This document shows positions 47,326-56,102 of a DNA stretch of 56,523 nt, piece by piece; position 1 is the first letter of the stretch; every line of letters begins with the position of its first letter. Under the pieces are notes generated by a model. The model saw only the letters and a list, made by a program, of their open reading frames with translations, ran no database searches and had not been told where the DNA came from. This DNA comes from a virus (taxonomy: Duplodnaviria > Caudoviricetes). The stretch lies in IMG/VR virus record IMGVR_UViG_3300027749_000129, positions 1 through 56,523 of that record; one strand, written 5' to 3'. Both the position numbers and the translations under genes were made by a program.

Positions 47326-48824
47326 TGGCCATCCATAAAATATTCGGTCCCCCCGGATCCGGCAAGACTACATACCTGCTCGACATTGTTGAGCAGGAAC
47401 TTGCTGTTGTGCACCCAATGTCCATTGGATACTTTGCTTTCACACGCAAGGCATCCCTCGAGGCAAAGGAACGTGCCACTGCAAAGTTTCCGCACCTAAA
47501 TCCTGATACCGACTTCCCGTGGTTTCGCACGCTCCACAGTCTGGCGTACCAGTGCCTTGGCGTCAGCAACAAAGACATCATGAAGCCTGAGAATTACCGT
47601 GAGTTTGCCGCACAGGCCGGTATTACCATGGGGCCACTTGTCAGTGATGAAGACGATTGTGTCGTCCACGCCGATAATCCAATACTGAACGAGATCAACA
47701 TCGCGCGCATCAAGGGCCTTGATCTGCACACACACTACAACCAAAGCCAGATGGGCATCGAGTGGCACCACTTTGAATACGTCGAGCGCGCGTATCGCCA
47801 CTTCAAAGAGAACGCAGGACTGCTGGACTTTACCGATCTGCTGGAATTGATCAACGCGCAACCTGAGCGACTGCCCAAGCTAACCGTGGTCATCCTTGAC
47901 GAGGCACAGGACTTGTCCGCACTGCAGTGGACCCTTGTACAGAACCTTATGAAGAGGGCTACTCGCTCATTCATTGCAGGCGATGACGATCAGGCTGTTT
48001 ACATGTGGGCAGGTGCAGACGTAGACAGCTTTCTGAATTGCGAGGGCGATATCCGCGTCCTGCAGCAATCGTATCGTGTACCTGCACGCGTCCATGCGCT
48101 AGCCACTCAAGTCGTACAACGCATTCGTAAGCGTCAACCTAAATTCTGGAACTCCCGTGAGGTAGAGGGCAATATCACCTATTATCGCGACTACATGCAT
48201 GTGGATATCTCTACCGGAGAGTGGCTGATACTGGCGTCAGCCAATTACATGCTTAATGATCTGTATGGCTGGATAAAGTCACAGGGAATACTCTTCGAGC
48301 GTCACGGACAACGGAGCATTGCTGAAGCCACACTCGCCGCCGTAATCGGCTGGGAGTCCCTGCGCAAGGGACGATCCATAAACTACCCCACGCTCAAACA
48401 CATTTATAAATACCTTAATTCAGATTTCATCGCACGCGGGCATAAGACACTACGCGAGGCGGATCCAGAAGCACTCTTTACGCTTGATGATTTAAAAGCA
48501 CGCCATGGACTATTAACTGATAGCATCTGGCACGAAGCACTGACTAAGATCGGTGCAGAAAAGATAGACTACATCATTGCCATATTACGCCGGGGCACGA
48601 AACTCACTGGCAAGGTGCAAGTAAAACTGTCCACGATCCACGGAGCAAAAGGGGGAGAGGCGGATAACGTCTTGCTCTTCACGGACCTGAGCCCAAAGTT
48701 TGCTAAGGACTATGACCATAACGCGGATGATATAAATCGACTGCTGTACGTGGGAATTACCCGTACACGGGAGACACTGCACATCATCCATCCCAAGGAC
48801 ATACGAAAGGCCTTTAGATTTTGA
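47325..48824 (+). CDS. UvrD/Rep-like superfamily 1 helicase
   Basis: GPPGSGKTT, RTLHS, LDEAQD, GDDDQA, QSYR, STIHGAKGGE, YVGITR. Confidence 0.9.
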   Translation: MAIHKIFGPPGSGKTTYLLDIVEQELAVVHPMSIGYFAFTRKASLEAKERATAKFPHLNPDTDFPWFRTLHSLAYQCLGVSNKDIMKPENYREFAAQAGITMGPLVSDEDDCVVHADNPILNEINIARIKGLDLHTHYNQSQMGIEWHHFEYVERAYRHFKENAGLLDFTDLLELINAQPERLPKLTVVILDEAQDLSALQWTLVQNLMKRATRSFIAGDDDQAVYMWAGADVDSFLNCEGDIRVLQQSYRVPARVHALATQVVQRIRKRQPKFWNSREVEGNITYYRDYMHVDISTGEWLILASANYMLNDLYGWIKSQGILFERHGQRSIAEATLAAVIGWESLRKGRSINYPTLKHIYKYLNSDFIARGHKTLREADPEALFTLDDLKARHGLLTDSIWHEALTKIGAEKIDYIIAILRRGTKLTGKVQVKLSTIHGAKGGEADNVLLFTDLSPKFAKDYDHNADDINRLLYVGITRTRETLHIIHPKDIRKAFRF

Positions 48825-51490
48825 AAACTAACATACCGCTGTTCCCGATCCAGTCCGAATGGCTCCCGCCACTGGATTTTCCTGACTTGTCCGAAGCAAA
48901 AGAAATCGCTATCGACTTGGAGACCTGTGATCCCAACATGGAGAAGTACGGACCCGGTTGGCCACGCAAGGATGGTTTTGTCGTGGGCTACGCTGTTGCA
49001 GTGGATGGATGGAAGGGTTATTACCCTATCGCGCACGCAGGCGGCGGTAATTTAGACAAACGAATCGTCGAGCGTTGGATCACCAAGATCCTACTACTGC
49101 CCTGCGACAAGGTCATGCACAACGCTGCCTACGATGTTGGCTGGCTTCGCGCATCAGGCTTCACGGTCAACGGACGTATTATCGACACCATGATCGCTGC
49201 CGCATTGATAGACGAGAACCGGTTCAGTTATGCGCTCAACAGTCTGGGCTACGATTACCTTAAAGAGACCAAGTCAGAGCAGGGGCTACGAGACGCTGCA
49301 GCCGATTTCGGATTGCACCCTAAGAAGGAGCTGTGGAAACTCCCCGCGATGTATGTGGGTGCTTACGCGGAACAGGATGCTGCTCTTACGCTAAAGCTCT
49401 GGCATCACTTCCAAATCCTAATGCGCGACGAAGAAGTCGAATCCATTTTCAATCTGGAAACAGAGCTATTGCCTATCCTGATCGATATTACCTTTCGCGG
49501 TATCCGGTTTGACCGTGACAGAGCCATAGCTTTGATTACCGAAATGAAACACAAAGAGAAAAAGTTATTAACGTACATCAAGGATGTTTCAGGGGTACCC
49601 GTGGACATGTGGGCCGCTGCAACAATCGCTAAAGCCTTCGACAAACTAAACATCCCCTACCCACAGACTACGACCGGACTGCCCAGCTTTACCAAGTCAT
49701 TCCTTGATACGTGCGAGCATCCTATTGCCAAGGCCATCATGGAAGCACGCGAGCTGAACAAGACCTACGGCACGTTCCTGCAGCCCTACATCGATTTCTC
49801 TGCCCACGATGGGCGCATCCACGCGCATATCAACCAACTGCGCTCTGATGACGGCGGCACGGTGACAGGCAGGCTATCCATGGCATCGCCGAACCTCCAA
49901 CAAGTGCCAGCCCGGCACGAAATCATCGGACCCATGGTGCGCTCACTCTTTCTGCCAGAAGAAGGACAGCACTGGGCAGCCTGTGACTTTTCATCACAAG
50001 AGCCACGCTTGTTGGTGCATTACGCTAACCTGCTCCAGCTTGACGGAGCACGCGACATGGCCCAAGCCTACATCACAGATATCGATACCGACTTCCATCA
50101 GATGATCGCCGACATGGCAGGCATCAAACGCAAGGTAGCTAAAACGATTGGCTTGGGTCTTTGCATTGCGCAGGGCGAAATGGTCCTTACCGATAGTGGC
50201 CTTGTTCCAATCCAACAGGTAACGGAATTGCATAAAGTATGGGATGGGGTAGAATGGGTATCACATGAGGGAGTGTTTTTCATGGGAACCAAAGAGGTTA
50301 TTACCTATGGCAATCTCACAGCAACACCGGACCATGACGTCTGGACAAACGAATCAGGGAAAATTTCTCTCCGGCTCGCAGCATCAAGATTGGATGCACT
50401 TGTTTCCACCGGAAATGCGGAACAGGCAATTCGGTATGTGGACCGTGATCAGCAGGGTGGTTCAGCGAACAGGAAAACATCAGTACGCGAAAGTGCGATG
50501 CGTTTGTGGGGCCGAGGATTGGAAGCTCTTGGACAACCTCAAAAGTGGAAAGTCAACTATGTGCCGACCATGCACTATGCGCAAGCAGCATGCGGGACGA
50601 GGGCACTTGATTGTAAAATCCATCGAGATGAAGTCACTGCAAAGAAGGGCTACGGCGGCTATGCAGAGATGCCAAAACCCCAAGGACAGAGGCTGGAAAC
50701 ACTATGGTGGCCGTGGAATTCAATGCGAGTTTTCCTCCGTAAAGGCCTTTGTGGAATATCTGCTGTCCTTGCACCCTGCTTCGGACTGGTTGGGAATGAC
50801 CATAGACCGGACCAACAACGAGGGAAACTACGCAGTGGGAAACCTCCGAATAGCTTCTTACCGAGAAAACAACCTGAACAGAAGAAATACGCGAAAGTCT
50901 ATGACATCATAAACGCTGGCCCCCGCCATCGGTTTACCGTGTCTAATGTCTTGGTGTCTAACTGCTACGGCATGGGCAAGGGCAAACTCGCCGTACAGCT
51001 CGGCCTACCCGTAGAGGATGCCTCCGAACTGATCACCACCTTTCACCGTAAGGTACCGTTCCTAAAGGGCACCATAGACGCCGTGATGAAGGCCATCGAA
51101 CGCCCCGCCAGTGGGGGCAGCATACGCACGCTACTCGGACGCAAATGCCGCTTCCCACTCTGGGAACCCACCGAATGGGGCGTACACAAGGCACTGCCGT
51201 ACGAAGAAGCCACCGCGAAATACGGCCCACGGATCAAGCGTGCAATGACCTACAAGGGGCTTAACAAACTCCTGCAAGGCAGTGCTGCTGACCAGACTAA
51301 AGCTGCAATGGTCGCGCTCCACAAAGCGGGTTTCACTCTATTATTACAGGTACATGACGAGATTGCGGTCAGTGTGTCCACGCCTGAAGAAGCACGCACC
51401 GCTGCTGACATAATGGTCGCCGCAGTCAAGCTCACCGTGCCCTCCAAGGCCGATATGGAAATAGGTCCCTCATGGGGCAGCGCAAAATAA
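48821..51490 (+). CDS. polA: Family A DNA polymerase with 3'-5' exonuclease, intein-containing
   Basis: Exo motifs IDLET, HNAAYD, YAEQDA; TGRLS..PNLQQ; motif A DFSSQEPR; motif B KTIGLGL|CYG; motif C QVHDE. Confidence 0.95.
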   Translation: MKTNIPLFPIQSEWLPPLDFPDLSEAKEIAIDLETCDPNMEKYGPGWPRKDGFVVGYAVAVDGWKGYYPIAHAGGGNLDKRIVERWITKILLLPCDKVMHNAAYDVGWLRASGFTVNGRIIDTMIAAALIDENRFSYALNSLGYDYLKETKSEQGLRDAAADFGLHPKKELWKLPAMYVGAYAEQDAALTLKLWHHFQILMRDEEVESIFNLETELLPILIDITFRGIRFDRDRAIALITEMKHKEKKLLTYIKDVSGVPVDMWAAATIAKAFDKLNIPYPQTTTGLPSFTKSFLDTCEHPIAKAIMEARELNKTYGTFLQPYIDFSAHDGRIHAHINQLRSDDGGTVTGRLSMASPNLQQVPARHEIIGPMVRSLFLPEEGQHWAACDFSSQEPRLLVHYANLLQLDGARDMAQAYITDIDTDFHQMIADMAGIKRKVAKTIGLGLCIAQGEMVLTDSGLVPIQQVTELHKVWDGVEWVSHEGVFFMGTKEVITYGNLTATPDHDVWTNESGKISLRLAASRLDALVSTGNAEQAIRYVDRDQQGGSANRKTSVRESAMRLWGRGLEALGQPQKWKVNYVPTMHYAQAACGTRALDCKIHRDEVTAKKGYGGYAEMPKPQGQRLETLWWPWNSMRVFLRKGLCGISAVLAPCFGLVGNDHRPDQQRGKLRSGKPPNSFLPRKQPEQKKYAKVYDIINAGPRHRFTVSNVLVSNCYGMGKGKLAVQLGLPVEDASELITTFHRKVPFLKGTIDAVMKAIERPASGGSIRTLLGRKCRFPLWEPTEWGVHKALPYEEATAKYGPRIKRAMTYKGLNKLLQGSAADQTKAAMVALHKAGFTLLLQVHDEIAVSVSTPEEARTAADIMVAAVKLTVPSKADMEIGPSWGSAK
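50162..50962 (+). mobile_element. Intein in PolA motif B (267 aa)
   Basis: Block A CIAQGEMVLTDSG, block B LTATPDH, block F/G VYDIINAGPRHRFTVSNVLVSN followed by Cys; removal restores AKTIGLGLCYGMG. Confidence 0.92.
50307..50912 (+). CDS. HNH-family homing endonuclease, overprinted in a shifted frame inside the PolA intein
   Basis: RQFGMWTV..RCVCG..LKSGKSTMC, RCQNPKDRGWKHYGGRGI, TIDRTNNEGNYAVGNLR..N; AGAGGT before ATG 50307 (longest ORF starts 50265); offset +1 from the polA frame. Confidence 0.85.
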   Translation: MAISQQHRTMTSGQTNQGKFLSGSQHQDWMHLFPPEMRNRQFGMWTVISRVVQRTGKHQYAKVRCVCGAEDWKLLDNLKSGKSTMCRPCTMRKQHAGRGHLIVKSIEMKSLQRRATAAMQRCQNPKDRGWKHYGGRGIQCEFSSVKAFVEYLLSLHPASDWLGMTIDRTNNEGNYAVGNLRIASYRENNLNRRNTRKSMTS

Positions 51491-51504
51491 TTCCTTCAAA
51501 CCTA

Positions 51505-51534
51505 TTGCGTATCATAAAAAGTATGTATTAGAAT
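51505..51534 (+). promoter_or_regulatory. Sigma70-like promoter
   Basis: TTGCGT-18 nt-TAGAAT with AAAAAGTAT in the spacer, as in the early-island leaders. Confidence 0.55.
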
Positions 51535-51562
51535 CCTTTCGCTCGACCAGAAAGGAGAACCT

Positions 51563-51886
51563 ATGACCGCTTTACATACTATTACTTCCCCCAAGATCGT
51601 CAAACGCCGTCGCGATAAGCCATGGCGTAAACGACGGCCCAAGGGCTATGTCGCACCCCTATCTCCCTCCAAACGAAGTAGCGCATGGGTGACGGTAGTC
51701 ATTCGCGTGGAACATCACGCCATGCTGCGCCAGTTAAGCGATCTATATGTAGCCAGCTATGGCAATACCGTCATGCAGCTCATACAGGCCGAATACCTGC
51801 GCACACTGGCACTGAGTGATCCAGAAACCGCCCGCCAACTGGAGGAGGAATACAATGAACGTTTTTCATTCAACCCTATCGATTGA
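51563..51886 (+). CDS. Hypothetical basic protein
   Basis: AAAGGAG RBS; Arg/Lys-rich N-terminus. Confidence 0.6.
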   Translation: MTALHTITSPKIVKRRRDKPWRKRRPKGYVAPLSPSKRSSAWVTVVIRVEHHAMLRQLSDLYVASYGNTVMQLIQAEYLRTLALSDPETARQLEEEYNERFSFNPID

Positions 51887-52082
51887 CGTAGAAGTACTCT
51901 ACGAGGTGCTGCCGCCAGAAGACGGCTTCCCGCGACAGCTTGATGTTAAACGGATCACGGTACTAACGAACAACCCGGTAACGGGAGAACCACGAAGAGT
52001 CAATATAGTTGACGCCTTAACCGAAAGCCAAGTCATGTTAATTGAAGACGAGATACTAGAGAAAGAAAATGAAGCTAACTAA
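51855..52082 (+). CDS. Hypothetical protein
   Basis: GGAGG RBS, ATG 51855. Confidence 0.6.
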   Translation: MNVFHSTLSIDVEVLYEVLPPEDGFPRQLDVKRITVLTNNPVTGEPRRVNIVDALTESQVMLIEDEILEKENEAN

Positions 52083-52305
52083 GAAATCCGCTACAGAGCT
52101 AGGCAGAGTTATCGCGAAAGGACTTCATGGCATTTCCATGGAGGGCGGTTACAGAGAAAAGACCCACGCTGCACGCGGTGGTGTGCTTAATATTTTTGGG
52201 GATATCGCTGACAACATCGAAGATCCAGAAGTACGTATCCATTACTGCCGTTCCTTCCGACAGGAACTGGATGTCCTCGAACCACTGTCATCTCCGAGGG
52301 GCTGA
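52069..52305 (+). CDS. Hypothetical protein
   Basis: 78-aa ORF in a tightly packed operon. Confidence 0.55.
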   Translation: MKLTKKSATELGRVIAKGLHGISMEGGYREKTHAARGGVLNIFGDIADNIEDPEVRIHYCRSFRQELDVLEPLSSPRG

Positions 52306-52307
52306 TC

Positions 52308-52523
52308 ATGAAATACCAAATTGAATCAGGTGTCCCGATGCCCATTAATTTGCGCAATGTTAAATACCCCTTCAAGACAATGGAGATCGGCGACAGTTTT
52401 ATTATAGATAACGTAAACGCCAAAATTATACACAACGCCGCGTATGCGTTTGGCAAACGTAATAACAAAAAGTTTACTGTGCGCACCAATGATGGCACCG
52501 CCCGTATCTGGAGAATCCAATGA
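52308..52523 (+). CDS. Small putative DNA-binding protein, paralog of 92..388
   Basis: IESGVPMP..KYPFKTMEIGDSF..RIWR. Confidence 0.7.
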   Translation: MKYQIESGVPMPINLRNVKYPFKTMEIGDSFIIDNVNAKIIHNAAYAFGKRNNKKFTVRTNDGTARIWRIQ

Positions 52524-52708
52524 ATTTAATTAAACGCCTTATTTCGACAATCTTAAAACAAAAACCACTGTCCGAGGAGGACATCTATGCCGTCTACATG
52601 GAAGCGGCACGGCACATGAAGCCCGCTGGGCTTTTCGCAGTGGACTTCGCACGCGCTCTTGAAGCACGCCACGGCATCGTCAAGAAGGGAGTGGCCAATG
52701 AGCAATGA
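52520..52708 (+). CDS. Hypothetical protein
   Basis: KPLSEEDI...FARALEARHGI; ATGA coupling. Confidence 0.6.
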   Translation: MNLIKRLISTILKQKPLSEEDIYAVYMEAARHMKPAGLFAVDFARALEARHGIVKKGVANEQ

Positions 52709-52886
52709 ACTCGTAGACGATATGCTGGGCTTGGGCTTTGAATTGATTCAGGTCAAGCTGGCTCTCGAAGATGGCCACTGGCTGGAGATGGCACAAATCT
52801 CCCAAGCCGAGGCCGAGGAGGCCCACGCAGTAGTGGTGGAGTTAATCAAAGAAAAAGAAATCAAACTCCGCAAGTTGATGCACTGA
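52698..52886 (+). CDS. Hypothetical protein
   Basis: GGGAG RBS, ATG 52698. Confidence 0.5.
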   Translation: MSNELVDDMLGLGFELIQVKLALEDGHWLEMAQISQAEAEEAHAVVVELIKEKEIKLRKLMH

Positions 52887-52895
52887 GGATTAAAC

Positions 52896-53057
52896 ATGAT
52901 CATCACCGAAATACGGCCACAGTGGTGGCGATTAGTGAGCGAGGCAGATGACCAACTCCCGCTTACTTTCTTCGACTACTCAAGAGAAGCAGTAGTGGGA
53001 AAATTTAAAAAGTGGGTGAGGGAGTACGACATGATAAAACTGAGGGCTATGCGATGA
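52896..53057 (+). CDS. Small hypothetical protein (53 aa, not in the ORF track)
   Basis: GAGGA RBS; MIITEIRPQWWRLV...; ATGA overlap with the next gene. Confidence 0.5.
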   Translation: MIITEIRPQWWRLVSEADDQLPLTFFDYSREAVVGKFKKWVREYDMIKLRAMR

Positions 53058-53374
53058 GTGATAAAGAAGAGATGGAAGCGATAATGGCCGGGATGGCAAG
53101 CGTTACGGTAACGGCCATTGAAACCGCGTTTGCACGCGGCTACGCCAAGGCGCATGAGGAATACCTCATGAGGCAAAAGAAACAAAAACTCGACACGTTG
53201 TACGAACGTGTCGATGCAACGCCCCCCGACAAGCTGGTGTCCCTGTCCGAAACGTTATACCACGAGCAGTGCGAGGCCCGCCGGGAGTACGATGAGGATT
53301 TAACGGACGTATATTCTGAGGTGCTGCAATACGTTGACGATTTAATTAAATTTTGTAAGGAAATGACAAAATGA
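53054..53374 (+). CDS. Hypothetical protein
   Basis: Coupled ATG 53054; helical. Confidence 0.55.
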   Translation: MSDKEEMEAIMAGMASVTVTAIETAFARGYAKAHEEYLMRQKKQKLDTLYERVDATPPDKLVSLSETLYHEQCEARREYDEDLTDVYSEVLQYVDDLIKFCKEMTK

Positions 53375-53598
53375 AATTCAACGACGAGAATAAGTTTTTA
53401 GCCGCAGTAGAATTTATTTTTGCAGTATGTTTTGTATTGCTCGTGGTCTACGCCGCCGCTATTTTCTTTTTGACGATGGGGCCATGAAATGAAAGACTTT
53501 ATTGGTGGCCCTGCAAGGCGCGGGTTTTATGTAGTTTATTGTGTAGTCATTTGGGTTTTCTGCGTTTACGAAGTGGCGCGAGCTAGGGGGTGGGTGCT

Positions 53599-53874
53599 AT
53601 GAAAGAATACGACGAGTACGGCCAGAAGCTTGATGGCATGACGCTACGGGATTATTTTGCGGCAAAATATGCTGAACTCCCAAAACTTGAACAATTCGCC
53701 GACCTTGTTCGGAATGCTGCGCTTGATGAGGCTGCGGCCACAGCAAAAAATCAGCATGTTGGTGCCTCTGTTGACGACAAATGCCACAAGGTTGAAGACC
53801 GCTATTACAACATGGCACTTCGTCATGCGGCGGGCGCAATCCGCAACCTCAAAACAGAACAGGAGACAAAGTAA
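53599..53874 (+). CDS. Hypothetical protein with GMTLRDYFAAK motif
   Basis: Common small phage-protein motif followed by RNAALDEAA...AGAIRNLK. Confidence 0.6.
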   Translation: MKEYDEYGQKLDGMTLRDYFAAKYAELPKLEQFADLVRNAALDEAAATAKNQHVGASVDDKCHKVEDRYYNMALRHAAGAIRNLKTEQETK

Positions 53875-54344
53875 TGAAAACTGAACTTCGCTGGCTAAAT
53901 GGCAGATTGCAAATGCGGCAGCAAAATTTTCATGGGTCAGCCGGGGCATACGGCGGCGGTGGTGGTACTTATCCGGTATGGTCAGACTGGCAAGACGTGC
54001 CAGAAGAATACGTTTACGTTTCCTGTAATAACGACGGGGCGCGGGGCGCGGGAGGTGCTCCAATGTCCTTGGGAAGATTACAGGAAGAATTAGACTTTTT
54101 TTGTAGCCCAGCTGGTACTTTTGAAAAATTAGCATCTACACCAGAAGGTGCGGCGCTCATCAGGCAATGCTTTACGTTTATAGGAGGCTATGCCGACCAT
54201 ACCATTGCTAGCGACGAGGGCTGCTGGGCAATGTTGAAATATGCCTGCGCGCATGAGCCGGGAAATGATGCCGAACGCATTGAGAATATGTGCTATGGCG
54301 CTCTTTTTGCACTCCGCTACTCAATGATTGGACGGGTGAAATGA
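53874..54344 (+). CDS. Hypothetical protein; N-terminus duplicated in 54541..54933
   Basis: ELRWLNG.LQMRQQ...WSDWQDVPEEYVYVS shared. Confidence 0.6.
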   Translation: MKTELRWLNGRLQMRQQNFHGSAGAYGGGGGTYPVWSDWQDVPEEYVYVSCNNDGARGAGGAPMSLGRLQEELDFFCSPAGTFEKLASTPEGAALIRQCFTFIGGYADHTIASDEGCWAMLKYACAHEPGNDAERIENMCYGALFALRYSMIGRVK

Positions 54345-54731
54345 ACATCATAGAAAAGTTTGCAGTAACGTGGTTTTTAATTTTTGTGTTGGGCGGCATT
54401 GTAGATTGGTTTTTTGAAAACGCTGGTGCGGAGTTTGCTCCGCTTAAAAAGATCAACGTATTTATCGGCACGGTGTCTATAGTAACTTTTGTTACGGCGA
54501 CGTTTGTCGCTGTGATGCTACGGGTGTGGGGGTGGGTGCTATGACAATTGAACTTCGCTGGCTAAATGGCAAACTGCAAATGCGGCAGCAAGTGACAGTA
54601 AGTAATTCTTATGGGTCAGCCGGGGCATACGGCGGTGGTGGTACTTATCCGGTATGGTCAGACTGGCAAGACGTGCCAGAAGAATACGTTTACGTTTCCT
54701 ATAATAGCGACAGCGCTCGGGGCGCGGGGAG
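53882..54731 (+). repeat. About 175-bp near-identical direct repeat (53882-54054 and 54549-54731)
   Basis: Long identical stretch GGTGGTGGTACTTATCCGGTATGGTCAGACTGGCAAGACGTGCCAGAAGAATACGTTTACGTTTCCT in both copies. Confidence 0.9.
54341..54544 (+). CDS. Small two-TM membrane protein
   Basis: Two hydrophobic segments; ATGA coupling on both sides. Confidence 0.55.
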   Translation: MNIIEKFAVTWFLIFVLGGIVDWFFENAGAEFAPLKKINVFIGTVSIVTFVTATFVAVMLRVWGWVL

Positions 54732-54933
54732 CATGGGCAAGCCGGTCAGGAAGTGTGTGTGTTCGCTGAAAAACCTCCAATCATCATGCCAAATTTGTGA
54801 CAAGCCGTTCACCCCGACCTATAAAAATGGGCGCGCACTCAATACTTGCTGGAACCAAGTAGCTGACGGCGGCATGTGTCAGCATGACCGCGAATGCCAT
54901 CAAACACTAAAGGGACAGGAGCAAGCGAAATGA
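54541..54933 (+). CDS. Hypothetical protein; N-terminus duplicated from 53874..54344, Cys-rich C-terminus
   Basis: Shared N-terminal block; CVC, CQIC, CQHDRECH. Confidence 0.6.
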   Translation: MTIELRWLNGKLQMRQQVTVSNSYGSAGAYGGGGTYPVWSDWQDVPEEYVYVSYNSDSARGAGSMGKPVRKCVCSLKNLQSSCQICDKPFTPTYKNGRALNTCWNQVADGGMCQHDRECHQTLKGQEQAK

Positions 54934-55442
54934 GCGATAACTTACTACCAAGAATACCTGCCGCAATAGAGAGTAATCACCTCGACCTAACGCCCGAACA
55001 AATGAAATACCTACGCGACCCACGGTTTCTTAGCGAAGTCGTCAAGCCGACGACCACGGACAGAACACATGACGTGCCGTATGTCGGGGGTGTCTCTACA
55101 CAGGGCGGAACCGTTTACGTGGACAAACACTTACGGCCCACGTACCAAGGCCACTCTATAATCCCCTACCTGATGGTGCACGAACGGGTGGAGTGGGTGC
55201 TGATGCACGTACTCGGACTTAAGTATCAGTCCGCACATAAAATCGCAACAGAAGTAGAAAAACTCATGCTTGACCTCGGCGGCGTCATGACGTGGAGTAC
55301 CTATCAGACGCACTACAGGAAATACATCAAAGGCGCAAACAAAGAAAAACTCCTAAACCCACCCCGAGATCTGGATCTCGTGCCCTATAAAGACGAACAC
55401 GACTATAAACACATCAAACAACTGCGGAGACCACGCACATGA
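54930..55442 (+). CDS. Hypothetical protein with HExxE...H putative metal site
   Basis: HDVPYVGG, VYVD, VHERVE, YQSAH..A; AGGAG RBS. Confidence 0.6.
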   Translation: MSDNLLPRIPAAIESNHLDLTPEQMKYLRDPRFLSEVVKPTTTDRTHDVPYVGGVSTQGGTVYVDKHLRPTYQGHSIIPYLMVHERVEWVLMHVLGLKYQSAHKIATEVEKLMLDLGGVMTWSTYQTHYRKYIKGANKEKLLNPPRDLDLVPYKDEHDYKHIKQLRRPRT

Positions 55443-55624
55443 CCGAGAAATTTGAAGATATGACCCCGCGCCAACTGGCGTACATGATGGCCCTGCAGGG
55501 CATGCTCGCCAGCAACGCCCAATTGGCACACTCGCAATACGCCACCGCCGACGCTGTCATCCAAGTCGTAGACGCCCTGTTCTTCAAGATCGCCCAGAAG
55601 GAGAAAGCCGATGGCAAAGCCTGA
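55439..55624 (+). CDS. Hypothetical protein
   Basis: DMTPRQ..MALQGMLA..DAL; ATGA coupling. Confidence 0.55.
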   Translation: MTEKFEDMTPRQLAYMMALQGMLASNAQLAHSQYATADAVIQVVDALFFKIAQKEKADGKA

Positions 55625-55880
55625 CACCCGAAGCAGCGAGATGCGATACATCCTCACCGACACACACAGACGTACCGCCTCCGCCGCTATCCGCGAGGAA
55701 CTGGCAGATCATGTCGCCGCCTTCCTCGCCAAAGGCGGCCAGATCCAACAAGTGGAAATAGGCATAGGACCCGAAAAGGACCTGCCCTTCCGCATCACCA
55801 ACCAAGACCTCATCAAGAAAGACAAAGACAAACAGGCATGGAAAGACCACTCCGTACTCCACCGCAAGCAACAAGGATAA
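55611..55880 (+). CDS. Hypothetical protein with VAAFLAKGGQIQQV motif (SutA-like RNAP-binding motif)
   Basis: AAGGAG RBS; FLAKGGQIQQV resembles the FLxxGGxI motif. Confidence 0.5.
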   Translation: MAKPDTRSSEMRYILTDTHRRTASAAIREELADHVAAFLAKGGQIQQVEIGIGPEKDLPFRITNQDLIKKDKDKQAWKDHSVLHRKQQG

Positions 55881-55886
55881 CGGACC

Positions 55887-56102
55887 ATGAGCCTCGTCAC
55901 ACGATGCCAGTGCAATACCCCCATGGACGAGATCATCGCCAACGACACTCACGACCACTGCTACCGCCGAGGATGGTACTGCTTCAAGTGCTTCGGCTGG
56001 GAAGACGCCATCAACCGCGAACGCCTATACGATATCGACAAGAAAATCGAAGAAAAAATGAAGGAAAAAGCGGAGAGAAGTATATTGATCACAAGGGATT
56101 AA
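55887..56102 (+). CDS. Small zinc-ribbon protein
   Basis: CQC...GWYCFKC. Confidence 0.55.
   Translation: MSLVTRCQCNTPMDEIIANDTHDHCYRRGWYCFKCFGWEDAINRERLYDIDKKIEEKMKEKAERSILITRD

Noticed and set aside
53874-54731. attL/attR or insertion-sequence boundaries at the ~175-bp repeat
   Set aside because: No integrase or transposase; the repeat coincides with coding 5' ends.
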